Virus record (IMG/VR): IMGVR_UViG_3300038808_000005
Span: 1 to 24,744 of that record
Length of the DNA stretch: 24,744 nucleotides
Direction: 5' to 3' (one strand)
Origin: a virus
Taxonomy: Duplodnaviria; Caudoviricetes
In this document: in pieces, positions 24,708 to 24,744 of the stretch
How the letters are laid out: every line of letters starts with the position of its first letter
Numbering within the stretch: position 1 is the first letter of the stretch
Notes under the pieces: model-generated
Database searches by the model: none
Seen by the model: only the letters and a program-made list of their open reading frames with translations
What the model was told of the DNA's origin: nothing
Program-made: the position numbers and the translations under genes

Positions 24708-24744
24708 TTCTCCTCTCTGTAGCTACTCATTGAACTACGGAGAG

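Overview
GC-rich window holding a complete, apparently intact morphogenesis and lysis region of a P2-like (Peduoviridae-type) temperate myophage. Terminase P and portal Q are on +. O-N-M-L-X-holin-SAR endolysin-Rz/Rz1-R-S, V-W-J-I-(adsorption module) and FI-FII-E/E'-T-U-D are on -. No integrase, repressor, replication or ogr gene is in view. Main departures from P2: (1) a P2-type 19-nt cos with a repeat arm lies just beyond gene D rather than beside the portal; (2) tail fibre genes H/G are replaced by a six-gene module starting with a pair resembling the DUF4815/VrlC baseplate pair of SPO1/K/A511-like phages (large protein split in two) and ending in a glycine-rich adhesin; (3) an o-spanin is fully embedded in a DUF2514-like i-spanin; (4) four late promoters can be read as TGT-N13-ACA with a -10 hexamer at fixed spacing, two probably leaderless. 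Family assignments come from recalled motifs and gene order, not database searches.
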